Origin: Nitrososphaerota archaeon
GTDB lineage: Archaea; Thermoproteota; Nitrososphaeria_A; Caldarchaeales; Calditenuaceae
Direction of reading: 5' to 3'
Assembly (NCBI GenBank): GCA_038845265.1
Contig: JAWBQR010000005.1
Span: 1-64,000, forward strand
DNA length: 64,000 nucleotides
How positions within the stretch are numbered: position 1 is the first letter of the stretch; every line of letters begins with the position of its first letter. The notes under the pieces are model-generated. The model was not told where the DNA came from. It ran no database searches and saw only the letters and a program-made list of their open reading frames with translations. This document shows, in pieces, positions 30,234-40,447 of this stretch. A program made the position numbers and the translations under genes.

Positions 30234-30548
30234 ATGGCGCTTCCACCACTAATATACGTTCCTATTTCAGCCTTCTTATTTTCATTAGGCATATACACAC
30301 TAGCAAGCAAGCGAAACATAATTAAGCAATTGATTGCAGTAGAGATTCTTATTAATGCTGCACATTTAAACTTCGTGGTCTTTGCCGTCAGTAATCCGGC
30401 GGGAATCGACCCCTATGCCTTAAGCCTCGTGCTTATATCTCTAGCTGTCGGAGCCTCAATAATCGCTACCGGCATGCTATTGATAGTACATGTCTATAAG
30501 ACTTATGGCACAATGGACCTCGAGGCTCTAAGAAAACTCAGAAGGTAA
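30234..30548 (+). CDS. NuoK/MrpC-like membrane subunit
   Basis: LFSLGIY...KRNIIKQLIAVEILINAAHLNF. Confidence 0.85.
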   Translation: MALPPLIYVPISAFLFSLGIYTLASKRNIIKQLIAVEILINAAHLNFVVFAVSNPAGIDPYALSLVLISLAVGASIIATGMLLIVHVYKTYGTMDLEALRKLRR

Positions 30549-30556
30549 AACCGATT

Positions 30557-30853
30557 TTAGTTAATGATACCACCAGCGATTGGAGGAATTATAACCAACA
30601 CATCACTATCGTTGAGTAAATAATTTTTAATCGAGTCTCTGCTTATTTTTCGCGCGTTTATAGCTATTGTAATGTTGCTTCTTATCTCTCCTTTTTCATC
30701 GAAAACATATTTCCTCATCTGCTCCCCATACTTATCTATTATTAGTTTCAGAACATCGTTTATTGTCGGTCTTTTATCGACCATGATGATCTCAGAAGAT
30801 TTCCCAGTAATCTCTCTTAGGTATGCGTAATATCTTGCCTCGATCTTAATCAA
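30557..30853 (-). CDS. moaD: MoaD/ThiS/SAMP ubiquitin-fold protein
   Basis: YYAYLREITG, DVLVIIPPIAGG followed by IIN; adjacent to moaE. Confidence 0.88.
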   Translation of the reverse strand: MIKIEARYYAYLREITGKSSEIIMVDKRPTINDVLKLIIDKYGEQMRKYVFDEKGEIRSNITIAINARKISRDSIKNYLLNDSDVLVIIPPIAGGIIN

Positions 30854-30889
30854 TCTCTCACCACATTAAACAGTCAATCAAGATTTTGC

Positions 30890-31357
30890 TCAATGCTTCT
30901 CCTCTATCCATTTATGAGTCCCGTCTATATAGACTTCTTTTTTAAAGATCGCTGGCTCTGTCTTGTATCTTTCTATTGCTTCTCTAATGCCCTCAAAGAC
31001 AGCGGCCCGTCTTTTTCCAGAAACCACTACAAGGACTATCGGTTCGCCAGGTACGAATCTTCCAGTCAAATGCCAGATTCCAACAAATGATAAATCATAC
31101 TTCTCAGCTACTTCACTACATATTCTTGAGATTTCGATATTTGCATTTTCTTCATAAGCCTCTATCTCGACATAACTTACCGCTTTTCCTTCCCTGCTAA
31201 TGTTTCTAGCGACCCCGACATACGTCGTTACTGCACCGTCTTTCCCACTTGAATAAATAATATCAATCATACCGAGAATTTCTAGGAGGTTTAGTTCGCC
31301 TTTTTTATAGATCCCCACATTGGGAAGAATATTTTTATTACTTGTGTCGGTATTCAT
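30890..31357 (-). CDS. moaE: Molybdopterin synthase catalytic subunit MoaE
   Basis: GAVTTYVGVAR, EAYEE, HLTG, PAIFKKEVY..W. Confidence 0.9.
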   Translation of the reverse strand: MNTDTSNKNILPNVGIYKKGELNLLEILGMIDIIYSSGKDGAVTTYVGVARNISREGKAVSYVEIEAYEENANIEISRICSEVAEKYDLSFVGIWHLTGRFVPGEPIVLVVVSGKRRAAVFEGIREAIERYKTEPAIFKKEVYIDGTHKWIEEKH

Positions 31358-32415
31358 TTGTTCTCACTCTTTGAAAGTACACTTATTCGGCCAGCCACGT
31401 TTTTGGCTATGTGCCTCAATATATTTGCAGCTTCTGAGCTCGGGTGGGCAATTATTACGGGTTCTCCTTCATCACCCCCCAACATGATCTCGGGAAAAAG
31501 AGGTAGCTCACCTATTAATGGAACACCTATGTGATCTGCAGCTAATTTTCCTCCCCCATTACCAAATATGTATGCTTTCTCTCCACATTTTTGACACCTG
31601 TAATAAGACATATTCTCAATGATGCCGATTATAGGTACCCCAAGTTTCTCAAACATTCTTAGCGCTTTCATAGCGATTGTCACGGCTGCGGCCTGTGGAG
31701 TAGTGACTATTATAACGCCTGATAGAGGAATGATCTGCGCGAGTGTAAGTGAAGCATCTCCAGTACCCGGGGGAAGATCGACAATTAGATAATCAAGCTC
31801 TCCCCACTCTATTTCTGTGAACATTTGCCTAATTGCATTTGCTACTAATGGACCTCTCCATATGACCGGTGTGTCCTCGCTTATTAACAGTCCAATAGAC
31901 ATCACTTTTAATCCCATTGGACCAATCGCAGGCGCGATTTTATTTCCAGTCACTTGAGGCAGACTGATCTCTCTAAGTAGTTTAGGAATTGTGGGGCCAT
32001 ATATGTCGGCATCTAGAAGACCAGTCTTAGCACCCGCCTCCGCTAGGGCTAAGGCCAAATTTAGAGCAATAGAAGACTTTCCTACTCCTCCCTTACCACT
32101 TGCAACCGCGATAATGTTCTTTATCCCAGGCACTCTTATTTGATTTTGCATGGACTTGCTAGTAGCAACAACTCTAGCTGTAACATTAATTTCTACGGAT
32201 TTGACTCCGGGGATCGATTCAACAGCCTCTCTAACCTGTTTCGTAATCTGCTCATTAAATGGGCAAGCAGGCGTCGTCAATACAAGCGTAAATGAGACAT
32301 GTCCATCTCTCACTTTTAGGTCTTTTATCATCCCCATTGATACAACGTCAACTCTTAGCTCCGGGTCTACTACCTTTCTTAACGCGTTCAAGACAGAATT
32401 TTCTGTTACACTCAT
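31354..32415 (-). CDS. mrp: Mrp/NBP35 Fe-S cluster carrier ATPase with N-terminal DUF59 domain
   Basis: DPEL..LTTPACP, SGKGGVGKS, DLPPGTGD, ENMSYYRCQKC. Confidence 0.95.
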   Translation of the reverse strand: MSVTENSVLNALRKVVDPELRVDVVSMGMIKDLKVRDGHVSFTLVLTTPACPFNEQITKQVREAVESIPGVKSVEINVTARVVATSKSMQNQIRVPGIKNIIAVASGKGGVGKSSIALNLALALAEAGAKTGLLDADIYGPTIPKLLREISLPQVTGNKIAPAIGPMGLKVMSIGLLISEDTPVIWRGPLVANAIRQMFTEIEWGELDYLIVDLPPGTGDASLTLAQIIPLSGVIIVTTPQAAAVTIAMKALRMFEKLGVPIIGIIENMSYYRCQKCGEKAYIFGNGGGKLAADHIGVPLIGELPLFPEIMLGGDEGEPVIIAHPSSEAANILRHIAKNVAGRISVLSKSENK

Positions 32416-32486
32416 CCACCGAATAAATGAGTTACTGAAGTAAAATATGTTTCTAAATTACAGGAGCAAAGTAAATATGAAGCTGA

Positions 32487-33026
32487 TCAAGGTCGTCGAT
32501 ACATATGGTAGATGAGTAATAATCCAGCAATTGTTTTAGCATCAAGGATCTTCCGCTCTTGTATCAGTTTTACGGCCTCATCCATACTTAGGGTTAACAC
32601 TTTGATGTCTTCGTCAGGCTCGGTTTTCTGTTCGACTCTTTCTCCAATCTTAGCTACATAAAGATTTATGGCCTCGTTACTATAGCCGGGCGATGGATAT
32701 AGCGTAGTCAAGTACTCAAGCTTTTCCGCAATTCCTCCCGTCTCCTCTCGAAGCTCCCTAACCGCACACTCCTCAGGACTCTCTCCCGGCTTTAGTGTAC
32801 CAGCAGGTATTTCTAGAAGCTCTGTTCCAGCAGCGTGTCTATACTGACTAATAAGTATGACACTGCCGTCAGCTGTAATTGGTAATACTGCAGATGCCCC
32901 TGGATGCTCAACTACTTCCCTAACAACTCTCCTCTCATTAATTCTGACTGTATCGATTCGTAAGCTGACCACGCGGCCCTCATATATCTTTTTACTACTA
33001 ATCAACTCCTCTTTCATTACATCCAC
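32487..33026 (-). CDS. Nudix hydrolase (ADP-ribose pyrophosphatase-like)
   Basis: EIPAG..GE...CAVRELREETG Nudix box; SPG. Confidence 0.92.
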   Translation of the reverse strand: MDVMKEELISSKKIYEGRVVSLRIDTVRINERRVVREVVEHPGASAVLPITADGSVILISQYRHAAGTELLEIPAGTLKPGESPEECAVRELREETGGIAEKLEYLTTLYPSPGYSNEAINLYVAKIGERVEQKTEPDEDIKVLTLSMDEAVKLIQERKILDAKTIAGLLLIYHMYRRP

Positions 33027-33104
33027 GTTTTTTGGTCTTCCTCAAAAAGCCTCACTCATAGAGAATTTTACGCATATATTTGTCACTATCTATACTTAAT
33101 AGAG

Positions 33105-33656
33105 ATGAGTAACGTCACGTTCAGCGGTTATATCGAAGGTATTCAAGCTACAAGAATAGGAAAAGCCATTTCCTTAAAAATCAGGCTTATTACGCCCGGT
33201 GGACAGAGGACGGAATTATTTATTCACAACCCGCCTGATTGGCTGAATATTGGAAAGGCAATTAAAGGGACCTATTATGAAGCCGAGACCCCCGACGGCT
33301 CCATACATATAATTGATAGCATTCAAGAAGATAAAACTCTAAAATCACCCATTATCCAAGAATTAACATTAGAAAAAATTCTCAGTATCGGACAGGACAC
33401 AGTAGTCGTTGAGGGGAGACATTCCGACGGCAGAATATTTAGCTATAAATTAAAAGATCCAAAATTTCTGGAATTCAAGCGTAGGCTACCGTTAACATCA
33501 CTAGGATTATTCATTGAGAGAGGCTCGCTACAAGTCCTCCTAACAATTATAAGTAAAGCTGAGTATAGCATAATCTCGAGGACCTGTGAGATCTCTTCCC
33601 ATCTCTCAAAAATAGCAATGGAAGAACCAGAGAAAAAATTCCTTGAGGGAGAATAA
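33105..33656 (+). CDS. Hypothetical protein, possibly tandem OB-fold
   Basis: 183 aa ORF with normal codon usage; beta-strand-like alternation pattern. Confidence 0.6.
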   Translation: MSNVTFSGYIEGIQATRIGKAISLKIRLITPGGQRTELFIHNPPDWLNIGKAIKGTYYEAETPDGSIHIIDSIQEDKTLKSPIIQELTLEKILSIGQDTVVVEGRHSDGRIFSYKLKDPKFLEFKRRLPLTSLGLFIERGSLQVLLTIISKAEYSIISRTCEISSHLSKIAMEEPEKKFLEGE

Positions 33657-33759
33657 TTTTGTGGAAAATCAATTTTTCAGCAAAAAGTCTAAGCTTTCTA
33701 TCACCTTAGATCAAAGAAGGATAGATAGCCTCAAAGTTTATCAATTAATTTCAAGATTA

Positions 33760-34770
33760 TCAGGCGCCTATCTGTCTTAGCCTCAGATCAGAAAAACAAA
33801 TTCCACAGACTCTATGCTCACTTGTTATTCTATTTGAATAGCTTAAAGGAGCCCCGCATACGGGACATCTAAGCCCCGGACGAGACTCATAAAGTTTAGA
33901 TCCGCATGAGGGACAATCCTTTGTCCCTACTGGTACAGTTGAGCCGCATTTAGCGCAATACGCCTCACTTGATCGACTAATTGCCTCAACGATGATCATT
34001 GGAGTTTTAGCATATTGTTGAGGCAATGATTGGAGCGAAATAGCCTTGACGGGATTTGTGACCATCGAGCTATTAGTATAATGTGTCCTAGATTTTTGTT
34101 TTATATCTGATTCTTCCCTCGTTGAAGATTCTCTTTCTAAGAGTTTGTCTAACTCGTCTACTTCTTTCTTTTCTGGTTTCTTTAATGCTATGTCAATCCT
34201 AGTGATATATGAGCCATAACTTATTCCTAGAGCTGAGCATAACAACATGGATAAAGCTAATATTATTGGATAGCTTAGTGGTTCCGTAAAAAGGACCAGA
34301 GATTTTTCTATCAGGAGGAATTGATAAGCTAATATTATGGCTGAGGGCAAGTTAAGTGCTCCAAAATATATTGTCCATATGCCGAGGAAACGAGCATATG
34401 AAATGTAGCCTATAGCTTCTGCAAACGTATAGATAGTCCATAATGAAATAATAATCTTGAGGACGTCTTCATCGATACGTGAGAGGACCGCAAGGATTAG
34501 AGAATGTGTCTCTAAATAATAACCGAGTCGATTATATAGTGTCAATGTCGAAATTGTGAACCCTAGTATAAGTAAAAGCACTGAAATTATTTTAAAATAC
34601 ATATTGCTTGTCTGTGAGCCTAATCTGAACCAGAAGATTCCCCTAATTACAATGCTCACCGGATAAGCCAATAATACGAAGGGAAAAATTGGCATTTGTC
34701 CTAGAAGGGTAATTAGAATTATTATGAGAGACAATGAATAACCAATAGTTCCTAATAGGCCAATTCGCAT
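33760..34770 (-). CDS. Membrane protein with C-terminal double Zn ribbon
   Basis: About 6 TM helices, charged linker, CAKC/CPSC/CPVC/CGIC. Confidence 0.75.
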   Translation of the reverse strand: MRIGLLGTIGYSLSLIIILITLLGQMPIFPFVLLAYPVSIVIRGIFWFRLGSQTSNMYFKIISVLLLILGFTISTLTLYNRLGYYLETHSLILAVLSRIDEDVLKIIISLWTIYTFAEAIGYISYARFLGIWTIYFGALNLPSAIILAYQFLLIEKSLVLFTEPLSYPIILALSMLLCSALGISYGSYITRIDIALKKPEKKEVDELDKLLERESSTREESDIKQKSRTHYTNSSMVTNPVKAISLQSLPQQYAKTPMIIVEAISRSSEAYCAKCGSTVPVGTKDCPSCGSKLYESRPGLRCPVCGAPLSYSNRITSEHRVCGICFSDLRLRQIGA

Positions 34771-34880
34771 TTCTGTCCTTATTGCGATGTGGACATTTTT
34801 AACTTTTTTTCCTCATCCTGAAAAATATAACCGTTAATTTTTAGGAAATGCTATAATACTACAGGTTTTGTTTATTTAAT

Positions 34881-36512
34881 ATGGCAAAGTACATCTTCGT
34901 AACGGGCGGCGTTATATCGTCAGTCGGCAAGGGCACAGTAGCGGCATCGATTGGCAAAATACTAGTTTCAAAGGGATACAAAGTTGATTTTTTAAAGATT
35001 GACCCATACGTCAATGTAGATGCCGGTACACTGAATCCTTACACTCACGGAGAAGTCTTCGTTACTGATGACGGGGGAGAAACAGATCTTGACCTCGGAT
35101 GGTACGAGAGATTTTTAGACATTCCAATGAGTAAAATGAACAATATAACAACTGGACAGATCTATATGGAGGTACTGAAAAGGGAAAGGACTGGCGACTA
35201 TTTAGGCCAATGCGTCCAAGTTATTCCACATGTAACTGATGAGATAAAACGTCGCATAAAGATGATCGCATCTAGGAGGGGGGCCGACATAGTGATAGTT
35301 GAGATTGGTGGTACTGCAGGCGACATTGAAGGGCTTCCCTTCTACGAGGCCGCCCGTCAAATGAAGCTAGAAGAATCAACACTCTTCATTCATGTAGCAT
35401 TAGTAATTTATCTTAAATCTACTGCAGAGTTTAAGACCAAAGCATTACAACATAGCGTAAATGAGTTAAGGAGGATCGGGATACAGCCAGACATAGTAGT
35501 TGCACGAAGTGATAGAATGATAGACGAGGCTACACGCTCAAAGATAGCTTTGTTCAGCACCCTACCAAAAGAAGCTGTCTTTTGCTCGTATGACACTGAT
35601 GTAATTTATGAGGTCCCGTTAATGCTGGAGAGACAGGGAATTGGTGATTATATTGAACGTTTACTCGGATTACCACGGTTAGCTCCTCGCCTTGAAGACT
35701 GGAATAAGATAGTAAACTCTTTCAGGGTAAAAGAACCAGCCGTGAAGATCGCTATATGTGGAAAATATACAAGCCTCACGGATTCATACGTAAGCATTAA
35801 AGAAGCTCTTCGCCATGCAGCGGCATATCACGGAGTTAGGCTCGAGATAGAATGGATAGAGACAAGTGAATTAGAAAACTCACCATCAATGATTAAAAAG
35901 CTAGATACAGTAGATGGAATTCTAGTTCCTGGAGGATTTGGAAAGAGAGGCACCGAGGGAAAGCTAATGTCGATAGAATATGCTAGAACTCATAAAAAGC
36001 CATTTTTAGGCATATGCTTCGGCATGCAACTAGCAATTGTTGAGTTTTCAAGAAATGTCTTAGGTCTAAAAGATGCAAACAGCACCGAGATAGATCCCTT
36101 TACTCCTCATCCAGTCATTTATTTAATGCCCGAGCAGGAAGAGATAACCGAGAAGGGCGGCACAATGAGGCTTGGCGCCCTGCCAATACACATTAAGAGG
36201 GGGACAATAGCCCATAGCCTATATAATAATGACATAATTTACCAAAGACACCGTCATCGATACGAGGTTAATCCAAAATATTGGGAAACCCTGCAGCAGA
36301 ATGGATTAGTAATCTCTGGAAAATCGCCCGACGGTAGAAGAGTCGAGATAATAGAGTTACAGAACCATCCCTACTTTATTGCCACTCAATTCCATCCAGA
36401 ATTTAAATCGAGACCAGGCAATCCAGATCCTGTCTTCCTAGGATTAATCCGTGCCTCAACAGAGATGAGAAATGTTAAGGAAATAAATAACCTGAAGAAG
36501 ATAGCTCTATAA
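34881..36512 (+). CDS. pyrG: CTP synthase
   Basis: [37 protein letters not shown]. Confidence 0.97.
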   Translation: MAKYIFVTGGVISSVGKGTVAASIGKILVSKGYKVDFLKIDPYVNVDAGTLNPYTHGEVFVTDDGGETDLDLGWYERFLDIPMSKMNNITTGQIYMEVLKRERTGDYLGQCVQVIPHVTDEIKRRIKMIASRRGADIVIVEIGGTAGDIEGLPFYEAARQMKLEESTLFIHVALVIYLKSTAEFKTKALQHSVNELRRIGIQPDIVVARSDRMIDEATRSKIALFSTLPKEAVFCSYDTDVIYEVPLMLERQGIGDYIERLLGLPRLAPRLEDWNKIVNSFRVKEPAVKIAICGKYTSLTDSYVSIKEALRHAAAYHGVRLEIEWIETSELENSPSMIKKLDTVDGILVPGGFGKRGTEGKLMSIEYARTHKKPFLGICFGMQLAIVEFSRNVLGLKDANSTEIDPFTPHPVIYLMPEQEEITEKGGTMRLGALPIHIKRGTIAHSLYNNDIIYQRHRHRYEVNPKYWETLQQNGLVISGKSPDGRRVEIIELQNHPYFIATQFHPEFKSRPGNPDPVFLGLIRASTEMRNVKEINNLKKIAL

Positions 36513-36513
36513 A

Positions 36514-37233
36514 ATGAGAATAATAGATGCTCATTGCCACTTCCATGCCTATTCCAAAGAAGCCTATAAAAAATACGAAAAAATCACAATAATCGCAGTT
36601 TCAGATGATTATGATTCATCCATTAAAACATGTATGTTGTCGAAGAGTTTATCAAATATCGTACCATTCGTCGGTATTCATCCATGGAACATAGACAATT
36701 TAACAAGTAAAGAGCTCGACCAAATAAGACACCTAATAGAGAATGAGAAAGCATTGGGGATAGGTGAAGTGGGGCTAGACTTCAGATTTTCTAAAGCATC
36801 TAAAGATCTTCAAGTAAAGATATTTGATGAATTTTGTAGAATTGCTGCTGAAAAGAAAATGCCCCTAAATGTACATTCTTACTCGGCCTGGAAAGAGGCT
36901 TTAACTCTTGTGGCTAAACACGATGTAAAGTCAGTACTTTTCCATTGGTATACCGGTCCCGAAGAATTATTGAGAGAAATCAACAATTATGGATACTTCA
37001 TTAGCGTAAATCCCACTGTCACTATACAACCTAAACAAAGAAAAATAATTGAGAAAGCAAGTGTGGAATCAATCTTAACAGAGAGTGACGGCCCATATGT
37101 TTATCGAACTGTCCAGCTAGATTCTTCAATGATTCACTATACTCTTGAAATTATCTCTGAAATCAAAAAAATATCGATAGACGAGCTTTCACAAATTATA
37201 TCTAGCAACTATGAAAGATATATCTCTAGTTGA
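36514..37233 (+). CDS. TatD family metal-dependent hydrolase
   Basis: IDAHCH, GIHPW, IGEVGLD, NVHS, TESDGP. Confidence 0.92.
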   Translation: MRIIDAHCHFHAYSKEAYKKYEKITIIAVSDDYDSSIKTCMLSKSLSNIVPFVGIHPWNIDNLTSKELDQIRHLIENEKALGIGEVGLDFRFSKASKDLQVKIFDEFCRIAAEKKMPLNVHSYSAWKEALTLVAKHDVKSVLFHWYTGPEELLREINNYGYFISVNPTVTIQPKQRKIIEKASVESILTESDGPYVYRTVQLDSSMIHYTLEIISEIKKISIDELSQIISSNYERYISS

Positions 37234-37305
37234 TGAGAGATTTTGAATAATTGAAAAATTTCTCGCTTGACTCAAGCTATATAAAGCAATAAGTTCCTTA
37301 ACAAA

Positions 37306-38367
37306 ATGAAAGTCATGTCGGGAGAAAATCCGAACACAACTGATGAATTCCTTAGTAAGCCTCTAAGTTCTATTGAAGTGAAGGAGCGCAAAATATCTGA
37401 TCTATTGTCCGCAATGAGTCTTACAGGTTTTCAAGGTAGGAAGCTCGGCGAGGCTGTTGATGCGTGGGTAAATGCCCTGCAAGATGAGGATGTAGTAATA
37501 ATGATGGGTTATGCTGGAAGCTTAAGTACGACTGGTCAATGGAGAATAATTAAGTGGCTCATAGAGAATAGATACATAGATGTTTTAATCTCTACTGGGG
37601 CGAACATTACTGAAGACATAATAGAGGCTATGGGACATAAATACTGGAGAGGAAGTCCATACGTTGATGACGATGTACTCAGGAAAAGGGGAATCTATAG
37701 ATTTTACGATGTCTACGTAAAAGAATCAGATTATATATCTATGGAAAAGATGCTTGCTGATTTTATGTTGACTCTCAGTGATAAGAGAGTACTAACGTCT
37801 CCCGAGCTGCTTTACTTGCTGGGTAAATGGCTAGATAAGAGAGGGGTGAATGGAATAGTAACTACGGCTAGTCGAAATAATGTCCCAATATTCTGCCCAG
37901 CAATAGTCGATAGTGGATTTGGAGTTGCATATATTTACAATCGATACAGAAATAAAGAATTCAGCTTGTTGGTGGATCAATTTAAGGATTATGAGCTTTT
38001 GGTAAGGATTAAATCAAGTGTTAAGGACAGCGCTGTGATATTTATTGGTGGAGGTGTGCCGAAGGACTTTATACAATTGTCAGCCGTAGCTGTTGATTTA
38101 TTACTTTCAGGAAATTATTATCAATCTAGGCCTCATAAATATGCAATTCAGATAACTGTAGACAGTCCCCATTGGGGCGGATTATCAGGAGCGACACTCG
38201 AGGAAGGAAAGAGCTGGGGCAAAGAGTCAAAAGAGGGCATGAATGTGCAATGTTTCTGCGATGCAACCATAGCACTGCCACTAATTGCTCATTCACTTCT
38301 TGAACGTGTTAAATATCCAAGGAAGGGACCAGACCTTTCATGGATATTCAGTTCTGTTACACAATAA
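37306..38367 (+). CDS. Deoxyhypusine synthase-like protein (divergent paralog; possibly homospermidine synthase-type)
   Basis: TGFQGRKLG, STGAN, GGGVPKDF, GGLSGATLEEGKSWGK. Confidence 0.88.
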   Translation: MKVMSGENPNTTDEFLSKPLSSIEVKERKISDLLSAMSLTGFQGRKLGEAVDAWVNALQDEDVVIMMGYAGSLSTTGQWRIIKWLIENRYIDVLISTGANITEDIIEAMGHKYWRGSPYVDDDVLRKRGIYRFYDVYVKESDYISMEKMLADFMLTLSDKRVLTSPELLYLLGKWLDKRGVNGIVTTASRNNVPIFCPAIVDSGFGVAYIYNRYRNKEFSLLVDQFKDYELLVRIKSSVKDSAVIFIGGGVPKDFIQLSAVAVDLLLSGNYYQSRPHKYAIQITVDSPHWGGLSGATLEEGKSWGKESKEGMNVQCFCDATIALPLIAHSLLERVKYPRKGPDLSWIFSSVTQ

Positions 38368-38383
38368 TCACTCGATTAACGAC

Positions 38384-39310
38384 TTAATCAAGTGATTTTA
38401 TTACTGCGAGATATAGAAATGGCAGTGCAATTGTTGCATCTGCATTAACGAAGACATGCCTAGCGCTGGCTGAGAGTTTTTTCCAGGACACAGCTTCCCT
38501 TGGCCTAGCGCCGCTTAGGCTACCGTCATATTCTGTTGCAGTAGTGATGTATACGGCATATTCAAGTCCCTCACCGCTGAACTGCCCCCACCACAATGTA
38601 TGATGCTTTGAGATTCCTCCACCTATTATTAATGCGCCGGCCGTAGACGCATTCCAAAACTTATCGCTCAGCAGTGCCTCATCACTCATTAAGTCGAAGT
38701 AAAACTTTCTTTGCTGACTATTGAGCCATGCATGAAATCCTACAGCTCCATCAATAATGCCTGGAACAATAACTGGAATCTTTTCCCTCCAACACCAATA
38801 AAGGAAAGACTCTTCATTATTAATGTGCTCACCCAGTCTCCAGCAAAACTCATGTGTAGAGATGTAATTAGCATCACTAATTTTTCTCATTAACTCTCTA
38901 ATTTCTCTCTCTATAACTTCGCCGTAACTTGATTGCCTTATTAATACATTTCCAAGCCTATGGATTCCCTCCTTCCGTAGCTCGTAGTCATCCGCATCGA
39001 AGGTTCCACACTCATAATTAGCCCTGCTTCTAGCTAGGTCATGATCGAGAGTGGCGCAAGTGGTAATGACAAGATCAAAGAGGCGACGCCTAACCATGTC
39101 TCTCAGTATTCCGCGGAGCCCAGTAGCCATGAGGTTACCCGTAAACGATAGTATCCTGAGACAGTCAGGCTTCCTAAACATCTCTATTAATATCTCCTTA
39201 GCGACTGCTAGATTCACAGCCATGAAGCCTCCCGACCTTCGCATCATTTGGAAAAGCTCAATCAGATCAGTATCCTTGCTCATTCGAATATCTTGTACTG
39301 GCTCGCCCAT
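38384..39310 (-). CDS. dhs: Deoxyhypusine synthase
   Basis: SFTGNL, IHRLGNV, GGGISKHH, EYDGSLSGARPREAVSWKK. Confidence 0.9.
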   Translation of the reverse strand: MGEPVQDIRMSKDTDLIELFQMMRRSGGFMAVNLAVAKEILIEMFRKPDCLRILSFTGNLMATGLRGILRDMVRRRLFDLVITTCATLDHDLARSRANYECGTFDADDYELRKEGIHRLGNVLIRQSSYGEVIEREIRELMRKISDANYISTHEFCWRLGEHINNEESFLYWCWREKIPVIVPGIIDGAVGFHAWLNSQQRKFYFDLMSDEALLSDKFWNASTAGALIIGGGISKHHTLWWGQFSGEGLEYAVYITTATEYDGSLSGARPREAVSWKKLSASARHVFVNADATIALPFLYLAVIKSLD

Positions 39311-39381
39311 TTCTCATCATATTAAATCTCAATCAAGGTATAAATGCTTCCCAAATATTGATAAGTTTAAGTAAATATAAG

Positions 39382-40392
39382 TCAGTAACTCCTAACTATT
39401 TTTAGCCAGTCCCTTAACCTCACTTCTATACCAAATCTTTTTTCCCGTCTCTTCATATAAATGATGGGAGATATGAGTAGCCCAACGTCACGTAGCAAGT
39501 TAAATTTTCCACTAAATTTCTTCTGAATAAAGGTAAATAACTTGTAGAATATGTTAAAGTACTTCATCACGTCTTCTTGATATTTTACTAGATTTTCACT
39601 CTCTATGTTTTCGTATAATATTTTTGCGCAGTGTATGCTTGGAATTATTCCCTCTCCAAGGATTGGAAAAACAGTTCCTATACATTCTCCAACACCAACT
39701 ATGTTTCCATTAATAATTGGTTTAGAGAGATGTGGCGGGGTAATTCTAACTGGTCTTCCAATTTTCATAATTATTTCGCCTTTATGTTCATGTAAAAACT
39801 CATTTAGATACTTCTCATGGTTCTTGTAGTAGTCGCCCGCACCTACATGGTAGACATCGCCATCAAGCGGGAAATACCATAGATACCCTGATAGTTTATT
39901 GATTGGCTTTATGTAAAAATCATCAAAGGGCGGATCCCTAAACTTAACCTTATACTCAACTGTTGGAATAAAATAGTCCTTTTTTATTTTTGGAAGAATA
40001 ATCCTGTTAAATCCTGTGGCTTCAACAACAATGTCGTAGTCGTCGTTTGGTAGAGTAGTAATTTTTGTTCCATAATTTACTTTGACGTCGCGATGCATAT
40101 CCATGATGAATCTAAGCTTGTCAAATGTGCATAGCCCCTTAAGCTTTATCGCCATTACTTCGTCTTTAACCTGTACGTACATTCTCTTTCCGACGTAATA
40201 CACATAGTCATCGAAGTTTAGACCTATTTTTCTCGTTAATTGACGCATTTCATATAGACTCGTCGCCCATGCACAAATGGGAAAGAACTTGTCACGCTCT
40301 TGTCGCTCGTACACAACTACTTCATGATTGTCTTTTAGTAGCTGGGCTAGATAGGAGCCCGATACTCCACCCCCAATTACCGCGATCTTCAT
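39382..40392 (-). CDS. Geranylgeranyl reductase-family FAD oxidoreductase
   Basis: IAVIGGGVSG, GYLWYFP, VGECIG.V.P..GEGI. Confidence 0.82.
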   Translation of the reverse strand: MKIAVIGGGVSGSYLAQLLKDNHEVVVYERQERDKFFPICAWATSLYEMRQLTRKIGLNFDDYVYYVGKRMYVQVKDEVMAIKLKGLCTFDKLRFIMDMHRDVKVNYGTKITTLPNDDYDIVVEATGFNRIILPKIKKDYFIPTVEYKVKFRDPPFDDFYIKPINKLSGYLWYFPLDGDVYHVGAGDYYKNHEKYLNEFLHEHKGEIIMKIGRPVRITPPHLSKPIINGNIVGVGECIGTVFPILGEGIIPSIHCAKILYENIESENLVKYQEDVMKYFNIFYKLFTFIQKKFSGKFNLLRDVGLLISPIIYMKRREKRFGIEVRLRDWLKIVRSY

Positions 40393-40447
40393 ACCTCTAT
40401 CTTGAATGATAAATAATCGTGCTGCCCAAAATATAATCCTGATTTTG

